Origin: Oopsacas minuta
Taxonomy: Eukaryota; Animalia; Porifera
DNA length: 64,000 bases
Assembly: GCA_024704765.1 (NCBI GenBank)
Contig: JAKMXF010000033.1
Location: 558,001-622,000 of the forward strand
Direction of reading: 5' to 3'
Shown: piece by piece, positions 10,986 to 21,698 of the stretch
Layout of the letters: each line of letters opens with the position of its first letter
Numbering within the stretch: the first letter of the stretch is position 1
Notes under the pieces: model-generated
Databases searched by the model: none
The model's input: the letters and a program-made list of their open reading frames with translations, nothing else
What the model was told of the DNA's origin: nothing
Program-made: the position numbers and the translations under genes

Positions 10986-11759
10986 TTCTTGAAATTGTAT
11001 CGTTTGGAAATATATTTAGTTTGGAGATCTTTGTATTTCTATTTATAAGGTTTAACATATATTTTTCTCTGTATTACCTAGAATGATTGCGTCCGTTCGT
11101 TTATACGTAATTGTTGAGATCAGCTTCTGGGCAGATATATTATTTTGAAGTAAATGCTGACATGTTCATGTTATGTATCCTGGTTTATTTCCAAGAAATT
11201 AGCTCAATTTAGTATGAACTGTAGTAATTGTAATCGAGAAGTACTGGATTTGGCTAATATATTTCTACTTTCAAAATGAACACTTAGTCATTGCAAATAC
11301 TCACAAATAAGCTGATGACAAATGCTGGTATACTAACAGCTAAGTGTCCTGCCGTAATTCGAGTCAGTATTGCGGATATTAGGATGGATGATCTAATAGT
11401 TAAAGTCTCACGGGCTACCACGATTACTATTCATAATCAAATTATATGGCAATTTCATTCATATATTTGAATATTAATTCGGAAAAGGTCTAATTGTTAT
11501 AGATATCCTACTTGTATGGGAGTAATGCAGCATGTGACTTTAGGTTATTGAGTCACAATTAATAGCAAGGTTCACTATATCATAATCTTAGGGTGCATTT
11601 ATATTATAAGAGAAATTCGGGCCAATGGACCATTATCTTGCTTACATTTCCCATTCACTACTCTAAGTTATCATTTAACATAAAACATACATTGAGTTAT
11701 ATATTACAGAAACATACTAAAATTATCTACATGGAATTCATGTATCCTCTCCACTTCAC

Positions 11760-13009
11760 TTACATATCAGTTCTTTTGCAACACACCGATAATTTCAAGT
11801 AGAAGTTCTTCCAAACGTAGTAATTGGACTTGGAGGGAAGTGTAACAATGAACATACAAATGATTAGAATTCTAATTAGAAACGCTTCAGTTATAAATAG
11901 TCATCCAGGATGAATAGTGTTAGTCTTATCAACCACGTAACATTGGTGTATGCACTGATTTATGACGTCATTTGTTCCAAACATTGACCTAAATGCATCT
12001 AATAGTGTATCGTACTCCTCTAGCCTATCATTCCGGTAGATAGATGATGGTCTTTGTGAAGTGAGACAACCGAACTCATCATAGTACACAGCAAACAAAT
12101 TACTTTGATATATCGTAATGTATAGTATTAGCCCGATTAGTAACGCTGCCCATAAGATGAACATTGAAATAGCATACAGTATTATCCTGTATTGCAATCC
12201 TGTTACCTTTGTCGGTTTGTTTGGCTTTATCTCTTCATCTTGTAACGAATCCCATTAAATTCTAGACACGATGAGTGGAGTTAGTGTGAGTATACCGAGT
12301 GAAGAAGCGAATAATGGTATGAAGTATAGTATCAAACTAGGGAGAGATTCATCAATATTATCACTGTCTGATACGATTAACCAAATGTATATTGACATGT
12401 AAGGACGACCATCTCTTAATGCTAAAGATCCTATGACGAATAGGATAGGAATAACGATTGATATCACTAACTCCGTTACAATAATACTGACTCGTGCTTT
12501 TAGCTTAAGTCGATATGATTTTAGTAAGTAGGAGATTGAGTAGCGTGAAGTTAACCCAGAAGAAAAATCCAAAAATACTGAAATGAAACAAGGCTCCATA
12601 CAGGTTAAGTAATATCAAATCTGATTGTGTAGTGTACTGCTTCTGGTAGGTAACAGAAGGATCTGGTAAATCAAATATGAACAACAAGACAACACAGAAG
12701 GATGCGAATGAATAGAGGAATAACAGACTCGGTGATCATAATGTTTCGAAGAACTTTCCAAATCTAGATTGATCTACTGTTTGTAGTCTTACCACCGGAG
12801 ATCTGTTGGTCCAATATGAACACGATACCTCCACCTGCGAAAAGCTAACCCATATAATGACAATAACAATTATCGTCAGTACTATTGAATATTTTCTTAC
12901 ATCTAGTACTGTAATATTTCTTCCCGGGTATATATGTATCCTCTATTATTTCGAATTCTGCCTTCCCCGAGTCAGGCAAAATCATTGATTGAGATCCACT
13001 CTCGCACAT
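11760..13009 (-). pseudogene. Decayed tandem paralog of the 9117-10985 receptor
   Basis: Colinear homology with the intact copy. TGG>TGA at 11901-11903, AAA>TAA at 12255-12257, frameshifts near 12510 and 12900. A large internal deletion joins DQQI (about aa 73) to the FGKFFE region (about aa 290). Confidence 0.88.
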
Positions 13010-13203
13010 TTCTTGAGCTTGTATCGATTTAATTGTAATAGGTAAATTACTTTCTATCTTAACTTCATTTCTATGAGAGTAACTTAGTACATATATATCA
13101 ATTCGTTTAAACGTAATGTTGAGGGTTGGCGCCAACTGGCCAGATATACTACGGATAGCATTATATATATATTCCTAATAAATTAGCTCTAGCTCTGTAT
13201 CAA

Positions 13204-16200
13204 ATGAACTGTGGTAGTTGTAATTCACAATTACTGAATATTGACTCTCTATGTTTCTACTATCAAAATGAACATTCAGTCAGTCTCATTGTCAAACATG
13301 AACAGTATGTAATTCAAGTGAAGAATTTTCTTGAAGTAGGTGAGTCTAGAAGAAAAAGTATTGCATGTCCGAACTGTCGTAACGTTGTTGGGAAAAAAGT
13401 TCCCGCAGGCCCGAATAATACAATGTTTTTGGCATTTGGAAATGAGAAAGTGATTGTTTTCAATAGACAACTTGATAAGAAAAAACAACCATGGAGTCTT
13501 GTTTACAAACTTCCACCTTATAACGTCATTAAAATTCGTACGGATGCTACATTTTTCGGATCGCCCAAACTTCCAAAAAATGTAACTAGTCCAATACGAA
13601 CTCCTGTAGCATCAAATATACAGAGAATAAACTTTGCTAGTAACATCCAAGACTTTCTTTATACTGACTTACTCGCTTCAGATGTTATTCCTAGGAATTA
13701 TCAAATAGAGGCATACGTAGAGGCTCTACAACAAGATTTATTAATAGTTATACCCACTGGCTCAGGTAAGACATTAATAGCTACTATCGTAGCCGCAAGG
13801 ATGAAGTTATTAAATCCAGATTTAATGATACTATTCTTAGCTGAACGAGTTCCACTGGTTTTCCAACAGGGAGATTCTATTAGTTTTGATACGCACTTGG
13901 CTGTGTGTTGTCTTAGTAGTGAAAATAAAACTGCAAAGATACTTCGTGAATTGCAAGCAGGTGAATACGACATATTGGTAGCAACTGCTGGAGCTTATGT
14001 TAACTTGGAGAAAGAATTAGGAATAGATAGGTTTTCATGTGTTATATTTGATGAGTGTCATCACGCTACAAAGGCTCATAATTACGTGAGAGTTTTAGAT
14101 AAGATAAGAGAACGTCCCGGCTACAGACCTCGTGTAATTGGACTAACTGCCTCTCCTCCATCAGTTAAAGGGGACTATAGAGGTACTCAGAACATTTTGG
14201 ATGAAATCAGAAGAATATTTTTCAATGCCTCAATATACTACAACAAAGATCTAGAAATCAGTGCTTATGTCGATACATCCATCGAGTACAGAATAGTACC
14301 AGTAACTACAGACAAATATTTCTCAGAATACACACGAATACTTTGTGAAGAACTGAAAAAGATGGCAACATTAATTAATAAATTGATAGGCTACAATGCA
14401 ATTAGAATTGAAGATTGGGGTAATTCGAAAGGTAGACTCCAGTTAATTAACATGTTAAGTCATTTGGGTAACAGCTGTCAAGACAGGATTAACAATATGT
14501 TTAAGTCCATGAGATTAATATGTACAGCTTTGGATGTAACAGAAATATTAGGAGTTACCTATGCGAATACTATCTTAAAAAACTTAGACATATACAAAAC
14601 ACTTGGAAATTCTCAATATTTATCTCCTCGACTGTTATCTTTGCTAGAACTGCTGCATGATTTACCTAGCGAATCAAAAATAATAGTATTTGCACGAACA
14701 AGACAGATAGCTCAGATATTGTGTACAATGCTCAAGGATTATGAACTGATTAATACTAAGTTTTCTCCACTAAAGATAGTTGGTCAATACGGGTCATTGG
14801 GGATGGGTTGGGATTCTGAGCAAAAGGAGATTTTAGAGAAATTCCGTCACGGTAATTGCAATTTATTAGTCAGTACTTCTGTCTTAGAAGAAGGACTAGA
14901 TGTTCCTGAATGCAAATATGTAATTAGGTTCGATGGAATTACGTCACTGACTTCTTTCAAACAGAGCAAAGGTAGAGCCAGGAAACATGAAGGCAGATTC
15001 ATAATGATTCTTTCTGATGAAGAAATTGCAATGTTTAATGACATATTAGCTAGCGAAGCTATCGTACGTAGTGTCCTAGAAGGACAATATTCCATTAACC
15101 CCATCCCTACTTCTAAGACTTTAAAGATATTGCAGGACATACAACAATTAAATCCACCTAAAAACACCCCTAATAACATTGATAATCTACTGGACTCAAC
15201 AGAGTGTGTAGTAGAGTTCTATATAACTGGTAGCCAAAGGATAACAGATTTACAGGAATTTATCTGTGATTTTCTTAAGGAAAGATATTTTCTAACAGTC
15301 AAACATATTGATAAAGCGACAAACAACGCTGAATGGAAGTCAAAAGGCATTTTTCCATCATCAAATACAATGCTTACCCTGGGACTACAATCTCAACACA
15401 ATATATTTCAAATTTACAAGAAACTGATAATAGATTGGGACTTTACATTGAATTCTACACATACACGTGTGTGGAGTAGAATACTAATTCCACCAAAGAA
15501 GGAACCTCTTAGGATACCAACATGGCGTGTTAAGTCAATCCGATGGGGAAATTTTATTAATGCATTTGCATTCCAATCAGCCATGGAATATCTTCCAGAA
15601 AATGCAACCTTAATTTTCCAATTCGATGAATCTTCAAATTTTAAAGGAGAATCTGAAAAATGTATACTTATTGAGATTTTCCCTGATTATGTCATAAAGA
15701 TTTATCTATACATAATGCATAGATTTATATTAGCTCATTGGTCCGGTGAATATGTAACCCTGTATCTGCCTTTGAACAGTAGTCCAATAGTTCTAAGTGG
15801 TGATGGTGAAGGATTGCAAAGATACACTTCAAAAGATTGCGACTATTTATCTTGGTTTGGACTATGTCCTGTAGTTGGAATTACGTTATCGTATTCTAAA
15901 GCTAGTTGGAGTCAATTGATGTCATTCTTGCATTCATCTAACCATTTCCATGTTCTTGTGTTTGATTCACGCATTTCAGTTGTATCAACATCGACTATAG
16001 ATCTAATTCCTTCTCATTTTAAATGCCAGTCTAAAGAGATACAAGATTGCACGTGGGCTTTGTCTGTACTGAAATGCAACCGTGATGTTTGTGTACCTGA
16101 TGATTCAATTACTTATCTGTATCAACGAATAGGAAATTCATTTGTATACTCCACCATAGCATTATGGCGTATTATTGTCACTATTTCCAACCCCAAAACA

Positions 16201-19200
16201 CCCTACTTTGTAGAATTAATTGTAGAGATTCAAAAACAACTCCAGTATGTTAAAGATAAGAATATTTCACTGCCCCTAATCCCCCCCAATTTTAAAGAAT
16301 TAGAATGCGCTATGTTGACTCCATCTCGTGTAATTTGTCTACAACCTATCCTCACTCAGTCAAATAGATTATTCAGGCAATATCCAAATGAACGATTCTT
16401 AAATCTAGCTTTTCGAGAAGAACAAGGTCAGCCTCTGCAAGGTAAAGCTATAATAGCATTTGTTAAGAGTACAATACAGCATGGTATTAATATAGAGGGA
16501 AATATGTTTTATTTTCTGCTATGTAGTGGAAGTCAGATGAGGTCTAAACATGCAATATTCATACAAATACAAAATTCTATGTCAGCTCAGGAAAAAATTA
16601 ACCAAATTCGTCTTGAATTACTCGGTAACTCAAAGATTTCTATAGAATCTAAGTATTTATCTAGGCTAGGGCTCTTTTGTACATCTGATCATCCAATTTG
16701 TACAATCAACGAATACCAAACATGTTCCTTGCCCGATCTGCTTGCGAGAAATGGATTAATGTTAACAGACGGTGCTGGTAAAATTTCGAGATTATTAGCT
16801 GATCAAGTCATAGATAGATTAAATGAAGAGAATAATACATTTCATAATATAGGAAAGCCTTCTGCATTTCAAATCAGACTGGCTGGACTGAAAGGAGTAC
16901 TAACTATTGTTGATGAAAATACTGATGTTGATTTTCAACGTGTTGGTCCTTTTTGTAGAATTATCTACAGGGAATCCATGAAAAAGATAAATTGGACACA
17001 TTCTACCCTCTGTATTGTAAGGTATGCGAAATATAGCGAATGCTTTCTGAACATGCAAGCTATTAATCTCATAACTTCACTACAACATCCTATTTGGGAT
17101 CCTAATGTTCGGATTAAGTCTATATTTGAAGATTATCTTAGAGAAATTGGCTTAATGTTCACTGACGAGAAAATAGCAGATGAAGAATTAATTAATAATC
17201 TTGCAAATTACTATGAACGAACTATTGAATATTTTGATATTTTGACTGAGCCTTATTATGTATCTTTACTCCGCTGTATCTACGGTTACAAGGTTAAAAC
17301 TTTGATTGAAAAGTTTCGCATTCCAGTTAAGCATGGCTGTTTGCTAATGGGAATTCCGGATCCAATTGGTGTGTTACGTGATGGAGAGGTATATGTCAGT
17401 TTTCAAAACAAATCTCAGATATGTACACTGAATGGACGAATTCTAGTTTATAAAAACCCGTGCTTGCATCCTGGTGACCTATTGACCCCCACAGCTGTTG
17501 ATGTACCTAGCTTAGGCCATCTAATAAATGTGATTGTGTTTCCTATTTGTGGTAAGACATCTCTCCCAGCCTGTTCGGGAGGCTCAGATCTGGACGGTGA
17601 TGAATTCTCTATTATATGGGATCGTGCCCTCATCCCTCCACAATCTGCTATCGTAAAACCATTAAACTATGCTGATGTATTGAAAAATGCAACTGATTTA
17701 CAGAATATGATTGACGAAGAGTATTTAGACCAGACTGGTTTGGAGTTACTCAGAGATACTACAGATTGTTGTGATGATCCGTTTGCACCGAATTATACTG
17801 GTGACGAGGTTCAACAATTACCTTATAATCCTATAACTACAGAATGCTCTACCCTAATTCATAACGATCCTGCTATTCAAAAGAGACTATCAGAAGCTTA
17901 TTATAGAATTATCAGTAATGACTCACTCGGTATAATCTGTCATTACCATATGTCTATCTCTGATCAAAAACCTACTGGAGCATGTGACCCATTATCTATT
18001 GAGTTAGCCAAAGCAGCATCAATTGCAGTAGATTCTCCTAAAACAGGTATCTTACCAAGAATACCGAAAGAAGCTGTAAAACTAATTAGAGAGAAGGGAT
18101 ATCCTGATTTTATGGATAAAGTTCAATCGCCTTCCTACCCATCTTCTAAATTAATGGGAGAATTATATCGAATGGCTAAATCAACTTGTTACCAAACATC
18201 TCAATGGACGAACATTACTAAGTTTCATAAGAAGTATGATTTAACAGGAAGAATCCCTGGAAACCGCTATTTTGGGTATCTTATGGTTAGAGACTTCAAG
18301 AAGTACATGAGAGATGCTAAATTGATGTACCATGAGTATTCTAATGCACTACAGAGGATAATGATGTCATTTGGTGTCGAAACGGAGGCTGAAGCAATCA
18401 TGGGATTAATAATTAATTGTCATCCCCTTCTATCAGCTGATAAAGGGAAGATAACTACGTCACTACGTACAGCTGTTGAATACCTACTTGATGAATTCCG
18501 TGAGAAATTCTACCGGGATACTCCTCAATGCGATCTCCATGCTAAAGCATCAGCATGGTATATGGCTGCATACCAGCAGAAAGGAGAAGTGTTTCTATCG
18601 TTCCCGTGGATAATCGTTTCTTTACTTTGCGAAATTGTACCGAAACGACGAATTGGTAATATTTCCTTTTTGTATAGTAATGTAGGGCAATCAGCGAAGG
18701 AATATATTTGCAAAAATAGCGATTATGTTAAATCTATTGTGAGATCGAAATTGTGTGTATTGTCAGTAATAGAATCTTGTATCAATAATTACATGCGAAA
18801 GCTGTATCCATCTTTTCCTAATACGAAATTTTTCGAAATAACTGCATTCGGATCTGTCTCAGTGTATGTATGTGTGCCGCAGTCTGATTTGGATTTGTCT
18901 ATTTCTCTTACCGAAGATTCTTATAGAATAATATCCCAAACTGCTGGATTTATGAATTTGTCATTTAATGAAAAACGTAAACATATATTGCATACATTTA
19001 TTTACCCTTCTGTCAGTGAGATTGCAAACAAACATCATTGTAAACTCAACGCTGAAATACCTTTTATTTCTATAACAATTGATCCTGCAGAAGAAGGCGG
19101 TTCGGAAATAGAAATTGACCTAGTAATACAAAGTGATGGCGTCCTAAAATCAGAATATCTACGAAAGCTCTATATTGAAACACATGGGAAATTCTTTGGT

Positions 19201-21054
19201 TGGTTATGGATTATAGTGCATTGGGCGAGACATGTAGGAATCCTAAAATTTTATAGTACACAAGAAAACACAGGGATTATCAAAACTGCAGAATTCGAAG
19301 CACTAGCACTCTTTATTTATAATAAAATGTCAAACAAACGAAAAGATCAAAGCCCCCTTACTGATGCTTCGTTAGACAACATTATGGACTCTATAATGAG
19401 TATTGATATTGATAGCATACTGGGTAAAATGTTAGAGGAATTTTTCTGTTTAGGAGCTGAAATCACGAAGAATAGTAATGATATAGTTTATACATGGCCT
19501 GTTGAAGGTCTACCGACACATACTATCGAGAAGGAAGCTCTGAAGGAGATAAATATTCTACTATTCCAAGCTTGGCACTGTTTAATATTCACACAAAATA
19601 TCTCAAAATTATTTGACACAAATCTATGTAACAGTGAAACTTTAAGGAAAAGATTTTCAACCTACATCAGTGAACAGATCCGCCAGTCTACAGAATTTTA
19701 TAGGGCATTATTAGAGAAACAAACAGGTGCATCTATCTCTTTTCAACAAGTAGGGCGTAATGTCTTACTTATAGCTAGAGGATCCGCTAAATCAATTCAC
19801 GACCTGAACATAGAACTAAACTTAATTGAGAAAAACACATTGACAACAAGCTTCAGGACACATGCTTGTTATTATATGTTACAAGGATGTATGGCCCTAG
19901 TCATGTGTAATCAGACACATTCCACTAGAGTGGAATTAAAACCTTACAATTACATGTACAAATTACATCATAATTATAATGAGAGATCAAATGTAGTTAT
20001 AGCAGATAAGCCACATATTGTTAATCCCAATTGGCAGCAAAATTGTATTAACAGATTAAAAAATCTAATGTGGAATCAGTTAACACATTTTCCCGAGGAA
20101 GACACTGAATTGCTAGAAACTCTGCAGTTAAAAACTAGGTTTGGTTATTTCTACATTTTAGATGGAGCAAAAGCTTTCGAGTTAGTGGGTGGATCTCTTT
20201 ATTTGGATGAATTAGAAAAATGTTTATTGAATGATAAGAAATTCCCTAAACACTTATTGAGTAATTACGGTGGAGATTCTAATCCAAACAAATCACAACC
20301 AAATGCCTCAAAAAAGCCTCCTAATTTCGGTAAACAAAAAAAGCAGAGACCTAAATCCATTAGTAGTGCATTTTGTCCTGGAATATATTCAGGAGGTCGT
20401 AGTGATATGTGCTGTGTAGAGAATGCACAATTAGTATATAAGAAAGCTCTCAAGGATTGTGGATATAAATTCAGTCATTCTAACGCTCCTTGGGTATGGA
20501 GAATTGATGTCAAAGGAACTTCTAAAAGAGATTTACATATTGATTTCAATGAGAAATTTGAAATAGTCCAGATAGGCGAGCGTCCATTTATTTGGATGTT
20601 AGCTACGATTATTGGGGATAGAGCAACTGAGGCTATGCCTCAGAAAATACATGATATCAGAGTACGCGTTGAAAGTTATGTGATATTGAAGAGGGACTCG
20701 GAATTATTCACTCATATTCTTCCTAACAGAGTAATGACCCCACTCTTGTCATTAGGAACAGATGGTTCACCTATCATTAATAAGAACCTTAAAAAGCGTC
20801 TTAAATTAATTATCCACCACACATCTGTCCAATTCTACTCACTAGGTGATACTATTGCTAAGATCTGTACAGGAATAGAGTACAGTGGTGATAATATACA
20901 GAGATGTAGAAGGTTCTGTGAGCTGTCCCTGTATCATAATGGAACAAAGCTCCGAGAGGTAATTGCATCAGGATGTGATATTAATGAAGTACACTCTATT
21001 GCTGCTGAAGCAATACGTAATTCTCTCAATGTTTCTCGTGCTCTTTATTCATAA
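13204..21054 (+). CDS. Helicase-RdRP-nucleotidyltransferase fusion protein (RNAi-type RNA-dependent RNA polymerase), 2616 aa, intronless
   Basis: SF2 Dicer/RIG-I-type helicase motifs PTGSGKT (13753), DECH (14050), GLTASP, STSVLEEGLDVP and QSKGRAR (14962). Cellular RdRP motifs LTDGAGKIS, FQIRLAGLKG, KNPCLHPGD and SGGSDLDGDEF (DLDGD at 17587-17601). Pol-beta NTase motif FGS-x10-DLD (18847-18894) plus a third Asp in EIEIDL. Confidence 0.92.
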   Translation: MNCGSCNSQLLNIDSLCFYYQNEHSVSLIVKHEQYVIQVKNFLEVGESRRKSIACPNCRNVVGKKVPAGPNNTMFLAFGNEKVIVFNRQLDKKKQPWSLVYKLPPYNVIKIRTDATFFGSPKLPKNVTSPIRTPVASNIQRINFASNIQDFLYTDLLASDVIPRNYQIEAYVEALQQDLLIVIPTGSGKTLIATIVAARMKLLNPDLMILFLAERVPLVFQQGDSISFDTHLAVCCLSSENKTAKILRELQAGEYDILVATAGAYVNLEKELGIDRFSCVIFDECHHATKAHNYVRVLDKIRERPGYRPRVIGLTASPPSVKGDYRGTQNILDEIRRIFFNASIYYNKDLEISAYVDTSIEYRIVPVTTDKYFSEYTRILCEELKKMATLINKLIGYNAIRIEDWGNSKGRLQLINMLSHLGNSCQDRINNMFKSMRLICTALDVTEILGVTYANTILKNLDIYKTLGNSQYLSPRLLSLLELLHDLPSESKIIVFARTRQIAQILCTMLKDYELINTKFSPLKIVGQYGSLGMGWDSEQKEILEKFRHGNCNLLVSTSVLEEGLDVPECKYVIRFDGITSLTSFKQSKGRARKHEGRFIMILSDEEIAMFNDILASEAIVRSVLEGQYSINPIPTSKTLKILQDIQQLNPPKNTPNNIDNLLDSTECVVEFYITGSQRITDLQEFICDFLKERYFLTVKHIDKATNNAEWKSKGIFPSSNTMLTLGLQSQHNIFQIYKKLIIDWDFTLNSTHTRVWSRILIPPKKEPLRIPTWRVKSIRWGNFINAFAFQSAMEYLPENATLIFQFDESSNFKGESEKCILIEIFPDYVIKIYLYIMHRFILAHWSGEYVTLYLPLNSSPIVLSGDGEGLQRYTSKDCDYLSWFGLCPVVGITLSYSKASWSQLMSFLHSSNHFHVLVFDSRISVVSTSTIDLIPSHFKCQSKEIQDCTWALSVLKCNRDVCVPDDSITYLYQRIGNSFVYSTIALWRIIVTISNPKTPYFVELIVEIQKQLQYVKDKNISLPLIPPNFKELECAMLTPSRVICLQPILTQSNRLFRQYPNERFLNLAFREEQGQPLQGKAIIAFVKSTIQHGINIEGNMFYFLLCSGSQMRSKHAIFIQIQNSMSAQEKINQIRLELLGNSKISIESKYLSRLGLFCTSDHPICTINEYQTCSLPDLLARNGLMLTDGAGKISRLLADQVIDRLNEENNTFHNIGKPSAFQIRLAGLKGVLTIVDENTDVDFQRVGPFCRIIYRESMKKINWTHSTLCIVRYAKYSECFLNMQAINLITSLQHPIWDPNVRIKSIFEDYLREIGLMFTDEKIADEELINNLANYYERTIEYFDILTEPYYVSLLRCIYGYKVKTLIEKFRIPVKHGCLLMGIPDPIGVLRDGEVYVSFQNKSQICTLNGRILVYKNPCLHPGDLLTPTAVDVPSLGHLINVIVFPICGKTSLPACSGGSDLDGDEFSIIWDRALIPPQSAIVKPLNYADVLKNATDLQNMIDEEYLDQTGLELLRDTTDCCDDPFAPNYTGDEVQQLPYNPITTECSTLIHNDPAIQKRLSEAYYRIISNDSLGIICHYHMSISDQKPTGACDPLSIELAKAASIAVDSPKTGILPRIPKEAVKLIREKGYPDFMDKVQSPSYPSSKLMGELYRMAKSTCYQTSQWTNITKFHKKYDLTGRIPGNRYFGYLMVRDFKKYMRDAKLMYHEYSNALQRIMMSFGVETEAEAIMGLIINCHPLLSADKGKITTSLRTAVEYLLDEFREKFYRDTPQCDLHAKASAWYMAAYQQKGEVFLSFPWIIVSLLCEIVPKRRIGNISFLYSNVGQSAKEYICKNSDYVKSIVRSKLCVLSVIESCINNYMRKLYPSFPNTKFFEITAFGSVSVYVCVPQSDLDLSISLTEDSYRIISQTAGFMNLSFNEKRKHILHTFIYPSVSEIANKHHCKLNAEIPFISITIDPAEEGGSEIEIDLVIQSDGVLKSEYLRKLYIETHGKFFGWLWIIVHWARHVGILKFYSTQENTGIIKTAEFEALALFIYNKMSNKRKDQSPLTDASLDNIMDSIMSIDIDSILGKMLEEFFCLGAEITKNSNDIVYTWPVEGLPTHTIEKEALKEINILLFQAWHCLIFTQNISKLFDTNLCNSETLRKRFSTYISEQIRQSTEFYRALLEKQTGASISFQQVGRNVLLIARGSAKSIHDLNIELNLIEKNTLTTSFRTHACYYMLQGCMALVMCNQTHSTRVELKPYNYMYKLHHNYNERSNVVIADKPHIVNPNWQQNCINRLKNLMWNQLTHFPEEDTELLETLQLKTRFGYFYILDGAKAFELVGGSLYLDELEKCLLNDKKFPKHLLSNYGGDSNPNKSQPNASKKPPNFGKQKKQRPKSISSAFCPGIYSGGRSDMCCVENAQLVYKKALKDCGYKFSHSNAPWVWRIDVKGTSKRDLHIDFNEKFEIVQIGERPFIWMLATIIGDRATEAMPQKIHDIRVRVESYVILKRDSELFTHILPNRVMTPLLSLGTDGSPIINKNLKKRLKLIIHHTSVQFYSLGDTIAKICTGIEYSGDNIQRCRRFCELSLYHNGTKLREVIASGCDINEVHSIAAEAIRNSLNVSRALYS

Positions 21055-21698
21055 TATGTAGCTTACCTATTTATTGAATTTTTATATTATCTTTTTACAT
21101 GTGACAGAATTCTTATGGCCATATATTTTCTATATAATTATTTATGTATTTTACTATAATATCCCTGGACGGTTGACAGGTGTGTTAGTGATATTATTTC
21201 GATTCACTAAATGTTAGTATTCCCACCACAACTACAGTGTAACCTCTACAAGTGGGGTCTCTATAAACGGGGAACCTCGGCAATTTTGGTACATATTTTG
21301 TTCATTTCCTAGAAACGAACCTCGATATGTGGGGAATGGGGGATACTTTAATAGCAGCGATACCTTACACCATTAAAATCAACCTCTATAAGTGGGGAAT
21401 TTTCCAATAAAGTTCATTGAAATTTCTATTTTTGTGAAAAATATTCATTTAAGCAAGCATCCCTATGATAATTTGAAATAGTTTGATTTCTAGGAATAAT
21501 TTTTCTCCAAATTATTCCTATCTTGGATGTCTAAACATCAAAAATCATTGAAGGCGCTGTCATTGGAAGAAGTAGCTATACAAAATACGATATAGGCCAT
21601 GCGTGTTTAGAATGCTATGGTCACGGCTTTATGGGTAGGCATATATTGATTAATAGTAATATCAACGTATTTCACTGGTTTAAAGTTTCTACGATAAA

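Noticed and set aside
11901-11903. Selenocysteine or stop-codon readthrough at the in-frame TGA
   Set aside because: The same copy also has a TAA nonsense change, frameshifts and a large deletion, so it is ordinary pseudogene decay.
13204-21054. Calling the large ORF Dicer or RIG-I/MDA5
   Set aside because: No RNase III signature, PAZ or CARD was recognised; the downstream catalytic core is an RdRP (DLDGD).
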